Assembly: GCA_030610945.1 (NCBI GenBank)
Contig: JAUWQV010000005.1
Coordinates: 7,321-71,320, forward strand
Source of the DNA: Methanocellales archaeon
GTDB taxonomy: Archaea; Halobacteriota; UBA148; JAUWXC01
DNA length: 64,000 nt
Reading direction: 5' to 3'
Shown here: one piece after another, positions 1-12,789 of the stretch
How positions within the stretch are numbered: position 1 is the first letter of the stretch
Layout: the number at the start of each line of letters is the position of its first letter
The notes under the pieces: model-generated
Told to the model about the DNA's origin: nothing
Database searches by the model: none
Seen by the model: only the letters and a program-made list of their open reading frames with translations
Position numbers and translations under genes: made by a program

Positions 1-754
1 TGTCAACATGTGGTTGGTTATATCTTAGGGCTTCTCTTATAATCATGGCAGGGATTCCGATGTATTTGGAACTGATTTTTGCGGCATCATCCGGCTCTCT
101 ATTGCAAAATGCCTCTGCTTTTAGAATTGCATTTAAAAAATTTAACGCTACATCGGAATGGTTTTGAAGAAACTCATCAGTGGTAGTAATGCTGCAACCT
201 GGTGTTTTTGGAACCACATCTTTGCCTCTGGCAATTATTTTTCCTATCCCCACCTCAACTGCCATTGTGGTGTAGGGCTCTACATTGGTTGTGGCATCTA
301 CCCTGCCACTTAGCAGGGCAAGCATGGCCGCATCCCCGCTCGGAAGCCGTATAATCTCTGTGTTTTCCGGAGTTATATCATATTTTTTGAACAAGACTTG
401 AGATGTTAAGTCCTTCATACCGCCTGCAACTGGAAGTGAAATTCTTTTTCCCTTTAATTCGGAAAGGTCGTTTATCCCTGAATCTTTTCGAACCACTGTA
501 GCCGGCTCTTCATAACCGGAGCCAGCGATTACAACCATGTTGTCTCCATTATCTCTCGCGCTCACCGTCCGCGTCCAGGGTAGTATGCCAAAGGAAATTT
601 TGCCAGAAATAAGTTTATTGGGCAACAGCCAAGCTGTTGGATCAATAGAATATGATATCTCTAATCCCTGCTCTTTGAAAAATCCCTTCTCATACGCTAT
701 GTATGCAGGCATCTGGCATACGCCCCTGATAAGTCCAATATTAATTTTTAACAA
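1..754 (-). CDS. NMT1/THI5-like (NitT/TauT-type) substrate-binding domain protein. The 3' end is cut by the window edge and there is no obvious signal peptide.
   Basis: Manual reverse-strand translation gives (M)LKINIGLIRGVCQMPAYIAYEKGFFKEQGLEISYSIDPTAWLLPNKLISGKISFGILPW...GKRISLPVAGGMKDLTSQVLFKKYDITPENTEIIRLPSGDAAMLALLSGRVDATTNVEPY. A TTG start at 754 follows AGGAGG, and an in-frame TAG lies just upstream. The gene is missing from the ORF track because it runs off the window. Confidence 0.6.
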   Translation of the reverse strand, partial: MLKINIGLIRGVCQMPAYIAYEKGFFKEQGLEISYSIDPTAWLLPNKLISGKISFGILPWTRTVSARDNGDNMVVIAGSGYEEPATVVRKDSGINDLSELKGKRISLPVAGGMKDLTSQVLFKKYDITPENTEIIRLPSGDAAMLALLSGRVDATTNVEPYTTMAVEVGIGKIIARGKDVVPKTPGCSITTTDEFLQNHSDVALNFLNAILKAEAFCNREPDDAAKISSKYIGIPAMIIREALRYNQPHVD

Positions 755-877
755 AGTAGCATCCTCCTTCTAACTAATGGTTAGAACCAATTGAACTTTT
801 ACTTTAAAAATCTACTGATATAAGCAAAATAAGCAAAAGCTTATTTTAACATTGATGCATGGGATACATGCCATCAT

Positions 878-996
878 GGCCGGGGTGGGGTAACGGCTAT
901 CCTTTGGGACTGTGGCACAAACTTTTTAATAAAAAGTTTGATCAAAAAAGTCTGTGCAGAGATCCCATGACCCGGGTTCGACTCCCGGTCCCGGCC
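878..996 (+). tRNA. tRNA-His (anticodon GUG) with encoded G-1 and a 46-nt intron at 37/38 (916..961)
   Basis: Hand fold: G-1 opposite discriminator C73; acceptor GCCGGGG/TCCCGGC; D-arm GGGT/ATCC; anticodon stem TGGGA/TCCCA; loop CTGTGG|intron|A; T-arm CCGGG-TTCGACT-CCCGG. A bulge-helix-bulge can be drawn (CTGT:GCAG central helix with 3-nt bulges at both splice sites). Confidence 0.85.
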
Positions 997-1090
997 CTTA
1001 TCTCTACCACAAGCATTAAATATAGATTAGACTATAAGAAAGGAGGCGCCAAAGGCAAATAGTATTTATGCTATCCGAATTTAGAGAGCA

Positions 1091-1124
1091 ACATAATTAA
1101 ATAGTGATAATTGCATATAATATT
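1091..1124 (+). promoter_or_regulatory. AT-rich region with TATA-like boxes upstream of the rRNA operon (candidate rRNA promoter)
   Basis: cataattaaatag and gcatataatatt lie about 55-90 nt upstream of the 16S processing stem. A leader hairpin GACGTGA-gattt-TCACGTC follows at 1148..1166. Position-based inference only. Confidence 0.3.
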
Positions 1125-1177
1125 AGTTTGATTAGAGTATACATGGAGACGTGAGATTTTCACGTCTGACGTTCGCT

Positions 1178-1204
1178 CTGACAGTTCGGTTAATTTTGAT
1201 TGGT
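1178..1204 (+). other. 5' arm of the 16S rRNA processing stem (pairs with 2737..2762)
   Basis: ctgacagtt...gattggt is complementary to accaatc...aactgtcag on the 3' flank of 16S. This is typical of an archaeal pre-rRNA processing helix. Confidence 0.7.
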
Positions 1205-1237
1205 TGTTTCCCTTCCAACATATGTTTGTGCAGAATA

Positions 1238-2710
<1,473 letters not shown>

Positions 2711-2736
2711 AACGAAATTAAAGCCTTTAAGGGATG

Positions 2737-2762
2737 ACCAATCGAAGCTGAAAAACTGTCAG
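2737..2762 (+). other. 3' arm of the 16S rRNA processing stem
   Basis: Complementary to 1178..1204. Confidence 0.7.
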
Positions 2763-2801
2763 AGTAACATTCATATAGGTTCGCTGGGCCAATCCTATAA
2801 A

Positions 2802-2933
2802 GGGCTCGTAGCTCAGTTGGAAGAGCGTCGCCTTTGCGATGCATGCGGTTCGAAGAAGCGCCGTGCATTAGAAAACCAGCAGGTTTTCGCACAAAATAGG
2901 CGAAGGCCCTGGGTTCAACTCCCAGCGAGTCCA
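2802..2933 (+). tRNA. tRNA-Ala (anticodon UGC) in the 16S-23S spacer, with a 59-nt intron at 37/38
   Basis: Acceptor GGGCTCG/CGAGTCC includes the G3:U70 alanine identity pair. D-arm GCTC-AGTTGGAA-GAGC; anticodon stem TCGCC/GGCGA; loop TTTGCG|intron|A; T-arm CTGGG-TTCAACT-CCCAG; discriminator A. The mature length would be 73 nt. Confidence 0.9.
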
Positions 2934-3068
2934 TCAAAAACGGAAAAAAGCGCATCCGAAGTGGTGCAATTACGATCAACTCCTTTAAGGGTTGTAGTGC
3001 ACTTGGCGAAGCAATTCGTCAGGGAAGGGCAGATGGCAGATTAATTAGACTCATAATCTAGCCAAGTG

Positions 3069-3090
3069 AAACCATGTAGATGGCAAATTC
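3069..3090 (+). other. 5' arm of the 23S rRNA processing stem (22-bp perfect complement of 6106..6127)
   Basis: aaaccatgtagatggcaaattc versus gaatttgccatctacatggttt. The helix is extended by agaatac/gtattct. Confidence 0.85.
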
Positions 3091-3127
3091 GAAAGAATAC
3101 AGGTGATCCGGACGCTCACTGAGTTTA

Positions 3128-6066
<2,939 letters not shown>

Positions 6067-6105
6067 CTGAGCTCAGGCGATATTTGGGTCGCATGTATTC
6101 TCCTA

Positions 6106-6127
6106 GAATTTGCCATCTACATGGTTT
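6106..6127 (+). other. 3' arm of the 23S rRNA processing stem
   Basis: Perfect reverse complement of 3069..3090. Confidence 0.85.
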
Positions 6128-6142
6128 AAATGCCGTCTTCGC

Positions 6143-6229
6143 GCCAAGGTGGCGGAATGGCTAACGCAGCCGCCTGCAGACGAATAGGAAGAGAGCGGCT
6201 TTTTGCCGGTTCAATTCCGGTCCTTGGCT
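6143..6229 (+). tRNA. tRNA-Cys (anticodon GCA) between 23S and 5S, with an apparent 14-nt intron
   Basis: Acceptor GCCAAGG/CCTTGGC with discriminator U73 (the Cys identity element). Anticodon stem GCCGC/GCGGC; loop CTGCAG|acgaataggaagag|A; T-arm GCCGG-TTCAATT-CCGGT. The exact splice sites are ambiguous. Confidence 0.8.
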
Positions 6230-6325
6230 TCCGAGACTACGAGCGAAGCGAGTAGTTGAGGTCTAGAAAATCCCTTCTGGATTTTCGCGCAGATTTTGAG
6301 CAAAGAATTAGATTCATATGTGTGT

Positions 6326-6452
6326 GGTTATGACGGCCATAGCTGCGGGGAAACTCCTGGTCTCATCCCGAACCCAGAAGATAAGCCCGCACACGTTCCA
6401 TGTGGTACTAAAGTGCGCGAGCCTTTGGGAACCATGGATCGCTGTCATGACC
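6326..6452 (+). rRNA. rrf: 5S rRNA
   Basis: GGTTATGACGGCCATAGCTGCGGGGAAACTCCTGGTCTCATCCCGAACCCAGAAGATAAGCC...GCTGTCATGACC. The terminal helix I pairs 5' GGTTATGACGG with 3' CTGTCATGACC. Confidence 0.85.
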
Positions 6453-6513
6453 ATTCTCCCTTACTCGAAAGCTATAACCACTATAATGCAATAGAATAGT
6501 TCTAGGTGTTAGT

Positions 6514-7692
6514 TTGAAGGCATGCATTATGTGTGGCGGGGTTGGCACCAGGCTGCGCCCACTCACATTTGAGAGACCCAAGCCCAATATTCCTCTTTTG
6601 AACAAACCATCGATAGGGCATTTAGTCGAGCAGTTATCTGCCAAGGGATTTGATGACATAGTGATAACCCTGGGCTATCTTGGGGAAAAAATTGAAGAAT
6701 ATCTCGGAGATGGTTCGATTTTTGGCGTGTCAATCAAGTACGTATACGAGAAAGAAAGACTTGGTACTGCTGGCAGCGTTAGGAATGCGAAGAAGCATTT
6801 AGAGGATGCACCATTTTTAATCGTTGGAGGAGATCACGTACTCGACTTGAATCTGCGAGAATTCTATCATTTTCACAAGCAGCATGGCGGTGTTATCACG
6901 ATAGGCCTTCTCCCCATCGACGATCCCAAGGAATACGGCATTGCAAGCATAGATGTGGGCAACAGGGTCACAAGATTCAGGGAGAAACCACCTTCAGGGC
7001 AAATCTTCAGCAATTTAGCGAGTACGGGAATCTATGTATGTGATTCAGAGGTATTTGACTGGATACCGGCAGGGGGACGATACGATTTTGCCAAAGACAT
7101 GTTTCCAGCTTTGCTGCAAGCCAATGAACCCATCTATGGGTGGCTGGCAAGGGGGCCCTGGACGGATCTTGGAAATCCAAGGGATTATAGGGCAGCATCT
7201 AAATGGATGCTCGAAAATCTGCAGGGTACCGAGATAGCAGGGGATTTGCATCTTGAGAGGGCGAGGCTGATGGGGCCAATGGTGCTAAAGCATAACGTCT
7301 CGCTTGGGCAAAATTCTGCCATTATCGGACCGGTAGTGATTGGCGAGAATACGAAGATTGGGGCCAACGTTTTAATTGGACCCTATACCACGATTGGAGA
7401 TAATTGTGAGATTCAGGATAACTCCCAGGTTTTATCCTCATACGTCTACAATGGCGTTCGGATCGGGAGTAACACGTCTGTATGTGGTGCGATAATTGAT
7501 AATGATGCCATCATAGGGGATAATTGTGTACTAGAAAACGGAACTGTCATCGGCCCCAGGGTTAAGGTTCAGGACAAAGTAACCATCCATTCAGATGTCT
7601 TAATCTGGCCCGAGGTCCTCATAGAATCTGGAAAAGAGATACGGAAAGATGTGTTGAACAAGGCATTCGAAACTTCTACGACCGGGTCATAG
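6514..7692 (+). CDS. Sugar-1-phosphate nucleotidyltransferase with a C-terminal left-handed beta-helix (GlmU-like or archaeal bifunctional type)
   Basis: N-terminus MKACIMCGGVGTRLRPLTFERPKPNIPL (G-G-x-G-T-R-L-x-P-L-T signature). The C-terminal hexapeptide repeats include IGENTKIGANVLIGPYTTIGDNCEI. Confidence 0.85.
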   Translation: MKACIMCGGVGTRLRPLTFERPKPNIPLLNKPSIGHLVEQLSAKGFDDIVITLGYLGEKIEEYLGDGSIFGVSIKYVYEKERLGTAGSVRNAKKHLEDAPFLIVGGDHVLDLNLREFYHFHKQHGGVITIGLLPIDDPKEYGIASIDVGNRVTRFREKPPSGQIFSNLASTGIYVCDSEVFDWIPAGGRYDFAKDMFPALLQANEPIYGWLARGPWTDLGNPRDYRAASKWMLENLQGTEIAGDLHLERARLMGPMVLKHNVSLGQNSAIIGPVVIGENTKIGANVLIGPYTTIGDNCEIQDNSQVLSSYVYNGVRIGSNTSVCGAIIDNDAIIGDNCVLENGTVIGPRVKVQDKVTIHSDVLIWPEVLIESGKEIRKDVLNKAFETSTTGS

Positions 7693-8127
7693 GTCTACAA
7701 TAGAGTGTTTTATTTCGTCTTTGTTCACTGCAGCTGCGTCGATCACGCTCTTTTTCACCCTTATTTTCGCATCCACCCGGAGCGCTAATGCGATACAATC
7801 GCTTGGTCTTGCATCCAATTCTTTCTTATTTCCATCCACCTGGACGATTAAACGTGCATAATAAATTCCATCCTCCAAATCATCGATTACAACGCTGTCA
7901 ATCTTGGCATTCAGGTTTTTCAACAGCGAAATCACGAGGTCATGGGTCATCGGTCTTGGTGTGGTTTCATTGTGCAGTGCACCACCGATTGCGATAGCCT
8001 CACTAATTCCGACATAAATGGGCAGCATTTTGTTTTCATATCCAAGCATAACTACAGGTGCAACTCCGGGGGGAGAGGGCACCATATACACGCCTTCAAC
8101 AGTGACTGGAACCGTGTCGCTCATCAC
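7687..8127 (-). CDS. Bifunctional nuclease (BFN/DUF151) family protein
   Basis: VVMLGYENKMLPIYVGISEAIAIGGAL...PRPMTHDL...ARLIV...LDARPSDCIALALR matches the DUF151 pattern. Confidence 0.75.
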   Translation of the reverse strand: MMSDTVPVTVEGVYMVPSPPGVAPVVMLGYENKMLPIYVGISEAIAIGGALHNETTPRPMTHDLVISLLKNLNAKIDSVVIDDLEDGIYYARLIVQVDGNKKELDARPSDCIALALRVDAKIRVKKSVIDAAAVNKDEIKHSIVDL

Positions 8128-8214
8128 TTGTTTATGGTGTTATCTGGGTATATTAATCTGTTCCACATCTGAAAATTTTAAGACATCCTATATCGTTGTG
8201 ATATTGGTGATGCA

Positions 8215-8730
8215 ATGTTCAAAGTGCTGATACTCATAGCCCCCAAGGATTTCAGGGATGAAGAGTTTCAGGAGTCATTTGATGCATGCAAAAATGCAGG
8301 ATTCAATGTGACGGTTGCGAGCGTGACAACTGATGTATGCGTTGGTATGTTTGGAGCAAGAGTCACACCCGATTGCAGCATAGACGAGGTAGATGCAAGC
8401 CAATTTGATGCAATTATTGTCGTCGGTGGTTCTGGCACTCCTGTTCTGAAGCAGTATCCTAAGGTGCTACAAATTGTCCAAAATGCGGCAGCGCAAAACA
8501 AGATTCTGGCAGCAATCTGTCTTGGGCCGATTGTACTTGCCAAGGCAGGCGTGCTAAGAGGGAAGAGGGCAACGGTATTTTCGTCTGGTGTTTCTGAGAT
8601 TAAAAGTGGCGGAGCAGAATATGTGCCGGAACCCGTTGTCATCGATGGAAATCTGATAACTGCCGACGGCCCAGATGCGGCTGCCAGGTTCGGAGAAACA
8701 GTCGTTAAAGCGCTTATGAGCAAGTCATGA
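8215..8730 (+). CDS. DJ-1/PfpI family protein
   Basis: KVLILIAPKDFRDEE...DAIIVVGGSG...ILAAICLGPIVLAKAG has the nucleophile-elbow Cys. Confidence 0.85.
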   Translation: MFKVLILIAPKDFRDEEFQESFDACKNAGFNVTVASVTTDVCVGMFGARVTPDCSIDEVDASQFDAIIVVGGSGTPVLKQYPKVLQIVQNAAAQNKILAAICLGPIVLAKAGVLRGKRATVFSSGVSEIKSGGAEYVPEPVVIDGNLITADGPDAAARFGETVVKALMSKS

Positions 8731-9747
8731 TTCCAATGAACTCTCTATCAGTCTCGTATCCCTGAGTATCTTCAAGCTGATGATGCCACCGACAACGATA
8801 TTCAAATAATATGTCATGGCCCTCCATGCAACCACGAATATGCCAAGGATAGAGGATATGACAAATGTCGTGTATAGGGTGATTATGCCCAGCTCTACGA
8901 GACCACTGCTTCCTGGGGTGAGCGGGAGCATTATGATTATCATCAGGACAAACTGCGCCATGATGGAAAACATCCATATTGGATTCGCGCCCAGTCCTAG
9001 GAGAATGAGGGACGGAATCATAAACTCCAAAAGCCAGAAGGCAACGGTGCATACCATGGCAAGAGAAAGTGCAACTCTTCCTTCTTGGATAAACGTCCAT
9101 AAACTGTCGTGAAAGTGGTCAATCTCATCGTTGACTCTTTCGATGATGTGATCGACGGATTTGCTGGTGAATTTGGGTATGATGGCTTTGATACGGGAGA
9201 CCCAGCTCTTGACATCATCAGGACGATACATGGCATAGGCTGTAAAGCCAAATACAGCACAGAACAACACTCCTGCGAGTGCAAAGGTTATGCTCAATGG
9301 CAGATTGTGCCTCATCACATCTTTGAACACGAACAGGGCAATTGGTGCGGCCAATCCCAAAAGCAGTGCATCTAATAGTCGCTCCCCAAAAACAACTGCG
9401 GTAGCATCTCCAATCGTTATGCCGTTCCTGCTCAACAAATGTATTCTGACCGGCTCGCCTCCTGCATGGGAAGGGGTCACGGCAGCAGCAAGTAGGTTGG
9501 AAATGACAATCTCAGTGGACCTCCACAGGCTGATTTTACCGCCCAGCGATTCTGTTAGCAGTTTCATGCGCAAACCCCAAACAAACCACGAGAGAACATG
9601 GACGCAAATCGCGATGAAAAGGTAGATGGGCTGGATTTGTCTCAAACTATTGGCCGTTTCACTGTCTACGGTGAAAATTAAAATTAATAAGGCCGAGATA
9701 ATACTGATTGCAAGCCCTATCGTCAACCATTTTTTTAATCTATCCAT
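8725..9747 (-). CDS. UPF0104 / lysyl-phosphatidylglycerol-synthase-TM-like (flippase-like) membrane protein
   Basis: 340-aa polytopic membrane protein containing TPSHAGGEPVRIHLL and LPLTPGSSGLVELG motifs, as I recall them for this family. Confidence 0.65.
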   Translation of the reverse strand: MDRLKKWLTIGLAISIISALLILIFTVDSETANSLRQIQPIYLFIAICVHVLSWFVWGLRMKLLTESLGGKISLWRSTEIVISNLLAAAVTPSHAGGEPVRIHLLSRNGITIGDATAVVFGERLLDALLLGLAAPIALFVFKDVMRHNLPLSITFALAGVLFCAVFGFTAYAMYRPDDVKSWVSRIKAIIPKFTSKSVDHIIERVNDEIDHFHDSLWTFIQEGRVALSLAMVCTVAFWLLEFMIPSLILLGLGANPIWMFSIMAQFVLMIIIMLPLTPGSSGLVELGIITLYTTFVISSILGIFVVAWRAMTYYLNIVVGGIISLKILRDTRLIESSLES

Positions 9748-9755
9748 TGTAGCAC

Positions 9756-10727
9756 CTACACGTTAGACCGATGCATTTCTTTCCACTTTATACTCCTATT
9801 AAATAATTGTGCGTATAATACTGCCAAGCCGCATATTTGCAATATCCATGCATGCATAATCAATCCAAACAATTTGATCGCAAAATCCCTTGCATCTCCA
9901 GATAACTGCCACAAGCGTATGCCATATAATATCACAAGAGGGCTGAACAGGGATATGAAAAAGGGTATTATCATTGCAGAAAACCATGTGATTTTGCCAC
10001 TCATGGGAATTTTTGCCCGTTTAAATTTAGAGAAATTCCTCAATCCCTCATAAGCTCCAGCTAGCCATCTTGCCCTTTGACGATAATAGTCGCGTATAGA
10101 AATAGGGGACTGCTCGCCTACATGTGTAGTATCTACGAAGGCTGCGGTTTTCCCCTCTAAATAGAGCTGCTGCGTCATATCAGCGTCTTCACAAGTTGCA
10201 TCTTCGTTTAATCGCCTGTCAGCGAAAATTCTCGCATCCAAGACACCAATCAAGCCGTTGAACTGCTTGAATCCATCACAGCGCTCAAGTAATCTGTACA
10301 AATCGCTCATCATATCGTACTCTGCTGATACGATTCTCGCGGTTACGCTTGCTTCTGGATTTGTGACGTATCTTGGCGCACTGGCGATTACAACATCATC
10401 TCTTAATGCCTTGGTACACTCAATCAGAAAATCTCTTTCTGGGCGGCTATCGACATCAAAGAAGGCAAGATAATCGGTTTCGCATATTGAATCCAGCGCA
10501 TCGTTGATCGCGCCTGCACGCCTCCCGCGTCTGCTAGGCCTGGCAATTATGTTAACATTCTTGCTTTGTAGAAACTCTACACGTGGGTCCTTGCCTGAGA
10601 CATCGATGACGTAGGTCATGCGTACGTTTAGATTTCCGCGTTCTAATTGGGACAGTGATTCAAAAGACTTCTCCACCAGTGAGAGCGGCTCATGCGGCGA
10701 CACGGGAACGACGATATCCAATTTCAT
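9756..10727 (-). CDS. Family-2 glycosyltransferase with a Q-x-x-R-W motif and C-terminal TM helices (processive-synthase-like)
   Basis: LDIVVPV...YVIDVSGKD...FFDVDSRP...QRARW, followed by 3-4 predicted TM segments. Confidence 0.8.
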   Translation of the reverse strand: MKLDIVVPVSPHEPLSLVEKSFESLSQLERGNLNVRMTYVIDVSGKDPRVEFLQSKNVNIIARPSRRGRRAGAINDALDSICETDYLAFFDVDSRPERDFLIECTKALRDDVVIASAPRYVTNPEASVTARIVSAEYDMMSDLYRLLERCDGFKQFNGLIGVLDARIFADRRLNEDATCEDADMTQQLYLEGKTAAFVDTTHVGEQSPISIRDYYRQRARWLAGAYEGLRNFSKFKRAKIPMSGKITWFSAMIIPFFISLFSPLVILYGIRLWQLSGDARDFAIKLFGLIMHAWILQICGLAVLYAQLFNRSIKWKEMHRSNV

Positions 10728-10729
10728 GG

Positions 10730-11038
10730 TCAGAGCCCGAGTTGTGAGAGTATTAGAGTTACAAGGTCTGTTCCCATGCGTGCATTGGTTACCAAATTCA
10801 GGACGATTCCAATTATCGCTCCACTGACAAGGCTGCTGATGATTCTAATCTTGATTATGAGAACGGCCGCTACGACCAGCGAAACTATCAGCGTTGCCCC
10901 GGAGCTGAGTGCTGAGAGGGTTTCAACAGAGTTTTGGAGCAGGCCTAAGAGCGTGGTGACTGCACTCACCCCAAACAATACACCAACAACCACACCTATT
11001 GCAGTAAACAGCGTATCTTTCATTTTACCATCCCCCAT
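10730..11038 (-). CDS. Small hydrophobic membrane protein (about 3 TM)
   Basis: 102-aa ORF ending 3 nt upstream of the start of the GT2 gene at 9756..10727, on the same strand. Composition is strongly hydrophobic. Confidence 0.45.
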   Translation of the reverse strand: MGDGKMKDTLFTAIGVVVGVLFGVSAVTTLLGLLQNSVETLSALSSGATLIVSLVVAAVLIIKIRIISSLVSGAIIGIVLNLVTNARMGTDLVTLILSQLGL

Positions 11039-11124
11039 ATGTCAATTACATAGCAGGGATATTTACTTTGTGATGCCGGGTAGGAAAGATATATATTATA
11101 CCTTGCAGTAACTTTGCTGATACG

Positions 11125-11769
11125 ATGGTGACTATAGTTCTCCCTACCAAAAACGAGGAAAAAAGCCTAGGCAGGACCCTAGATGCAATTAAGGGCTTTG
11201 GTTACAGGATTCTCGTGGTGGATGCACACTCCACTGACAAAACGGTTGAAATTGCGCATGCAAAAGGCACAGAAGTCATATATGACCACGGGAAAGGCAA
11301 GGGAGAAGCCCTTATAACTGCCTCCAAGTACGCAAACGATGATGTAATCTATGTTGACCCTGACATGACGTACCCACTTGAGAAGATTCCAGAATTCGTT
11401 AAGGCGCTGAAACAGGGCTACGATGTAGTCACTGGCGATAGGGTTGCATTTGGTAAAGAGTCGCTGCCAATGACGTTACGTCTGGGTGACAAAATCTCTA
11501 GGAGTTTATTTAAACTCATATACGGTACGGCCGTGGACAACTTATCAGGTTTTAGGGGGCTGTCCAAGAGGGCAATTGAAAAAATGAAGCTCAAAGAGGA
11601 AGGATTTGGAATAGAGGCCGAGATAAGCGCAAAAGCTGTTAAGATGGGATTGAGGATGAAGGACATTTCGATTACATACCAGCCCAGGGTTGGCGAGGCA
11701 AAATTCAGGCCGGTAACCGATGGGTTAATCGTTTTGAAAACGATGTTAAAATACAAATTATCCAATTGA
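11125..11769 (+). CDS. Family-2 glycosyltransferase (polyprenyl-phosphate sugar synthase-like)
   Basis: VTIVLPTKNEEKSLGRTLD...VVDAHSTDKT...YVDPDMTYP. Confidence 0.8.
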   Translation: MVTIVLPTKNEEKSLGRTLDAIKGFGYRILVVDAHSTDKTVEIAHAKGTEVIYDHGKGKGEALITASKYANDDVIYVDPDMTYPLEKIPEFVKALKQGYDVVTGDRVAFGKESLPMTLRLGDKISRSLFKLIYGTAVDNLSGFRGLSKRAIEKMKLKEEGFGIEAEISAKAVKMGLRMKDISITYQPRVGEAKFRPVTDGLIVLKTMLKYKLSN

Positions 11770-12789
11770 AAATCGCAGCAGCGCTGCAATGCCGCCAAGC
11801 GATTGCAGTTTTTTTCCGGGCTCAAATTCCGTGCTGAATACCACGATTTTGCCCCTTGCTTTTTCTACATCTCTCAAAAGTTTGTCTATCTCCTCTCTTC
11901 TTTCACTCCTTAGCATCTCATCTGCGATTAATAGCGTTTCTATTGCGCCGTATTCCATTGCTTTTCTCACATCATCCATGCCATACGATGCCTTCCCGTC
12001 TTTGGCAATTTCAGCGAGTAGCATCTCCATCAGTTTCGCCTCTTTAGTGATATGTGCCCCCTCTATTATTCTATCCACAGCGCCCCTGCGGAGCACCTCC
12101 TGAAAACCGGACATGCCTATGGACGAGGCAGTCTCTGCCACTGCTCTTTTTGCAATCTCGGGGTGATGCTGCTTGAGAAATCTCAGGAAATCCTCCTTGA
12201 TGAAACCCGGACCTGCGATGATGAACTGAGCACTTTCCATATGCCCAAGTTGCTCTGCTACATCCTTGAATAACTCACTTTCCTCACCAGTCCTTTTTAA
12301 CGACGTCCCCCTGATAGTGGTCAGCGTCTCCACGCCATATTGCCGAACAACACCGATGCATGCCTCCCCCTCCTCGATGGTGATGATTGCCACCTTTGGG
12401 TGCATAGATGCTTTGACTGCCTCTTCAATCCTCTGGAGCTGGTCCCGCCTCCAGCGCTTGATGATTGAAACCACTGTGCCTGGCCCTATGTTGAGCGTGT
12501 GGTGTTTTCCTGTGTCTATACCGTGCTCGATGACACCTTCTACTCTTAAACGGTTGGAAAACTTGTGAAACTTTGTTCCCTCTACTCGTATGCCCAATCG
12601 CACTGGTTTTTTCTCCACCTTTTCAGGGCGAAGTTTGTCTTTTGGAACCACAACCTGTCTTTTCGTAAATGCGAATACAAAATCATTGGGCTCTACGATA
12701 TATATGAGGTGCCACAGATCGTCCAATGAATCAGGAACGAGCGTTACCTCGCCCTCCTGCCCTCTCAATTTTTGTTTTACAACCCTCAT
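11758..12789 (-). CDS. pelA: mRNA surveillance protein Pelota (Dom34 homolog)
   Basis: MRVVKQKLRGQEGEVTLVPDSLDDLWHLIYIVEPND... plus an eRF1-like C-terminal domain. The ATGA overlaps the upstream gene's stop codon. Confidence 0.9.
   Translation of the reverse strand: MRVVKQKLRGQEGEVTLVPDSLDDLWHLIYIVEPNDFVFAFTKRQVVVPKDKLRPEKVEKKPVRLGIRVEGTKFHKFSNRLRVEGVIEHGIDTGKHHTLNIGPGTVVSIIKRWRRDQLQRIEEAVKASMHPKVAIITIEEGEACIGVVRQYGVETLTTIRGTSLKRTGEESELFKDVAEQLGHMESAQFIIAGPGFIKEDFLRFLKQHHPEIAKRAVAETASSIGMSGFQEVLRRGAVDRIIEGAHITKEAKLMEMLLAEIAKDGKASYGMDDVRKAMEYGAIETLLIADEMLRSERREEIDKLLRDVEKARGKIVVFSTEFEPGKKLQSLGGIAALLRFSIG

Noticed and set aside
537-773. 78-aa plus-strand ORF at the left edge
   Set aside because: It is antisense to a much longer, homology-like NMT1-type ORF that runs off the window on the minus strand (1..754).
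755-877. Small palindromes and direct repeats upstream of tRNA-His (TTCTAAC-taatg-GTTAGAA; ATAAGCAAA x2; ATAAGC-aaaa-GCTTAT)
   Set aside because: They are probably ordinary promoter, leader or terminator elements of the divergent binding-protein gene and tRNA-His. They are too short and AT-rich to interpret further.
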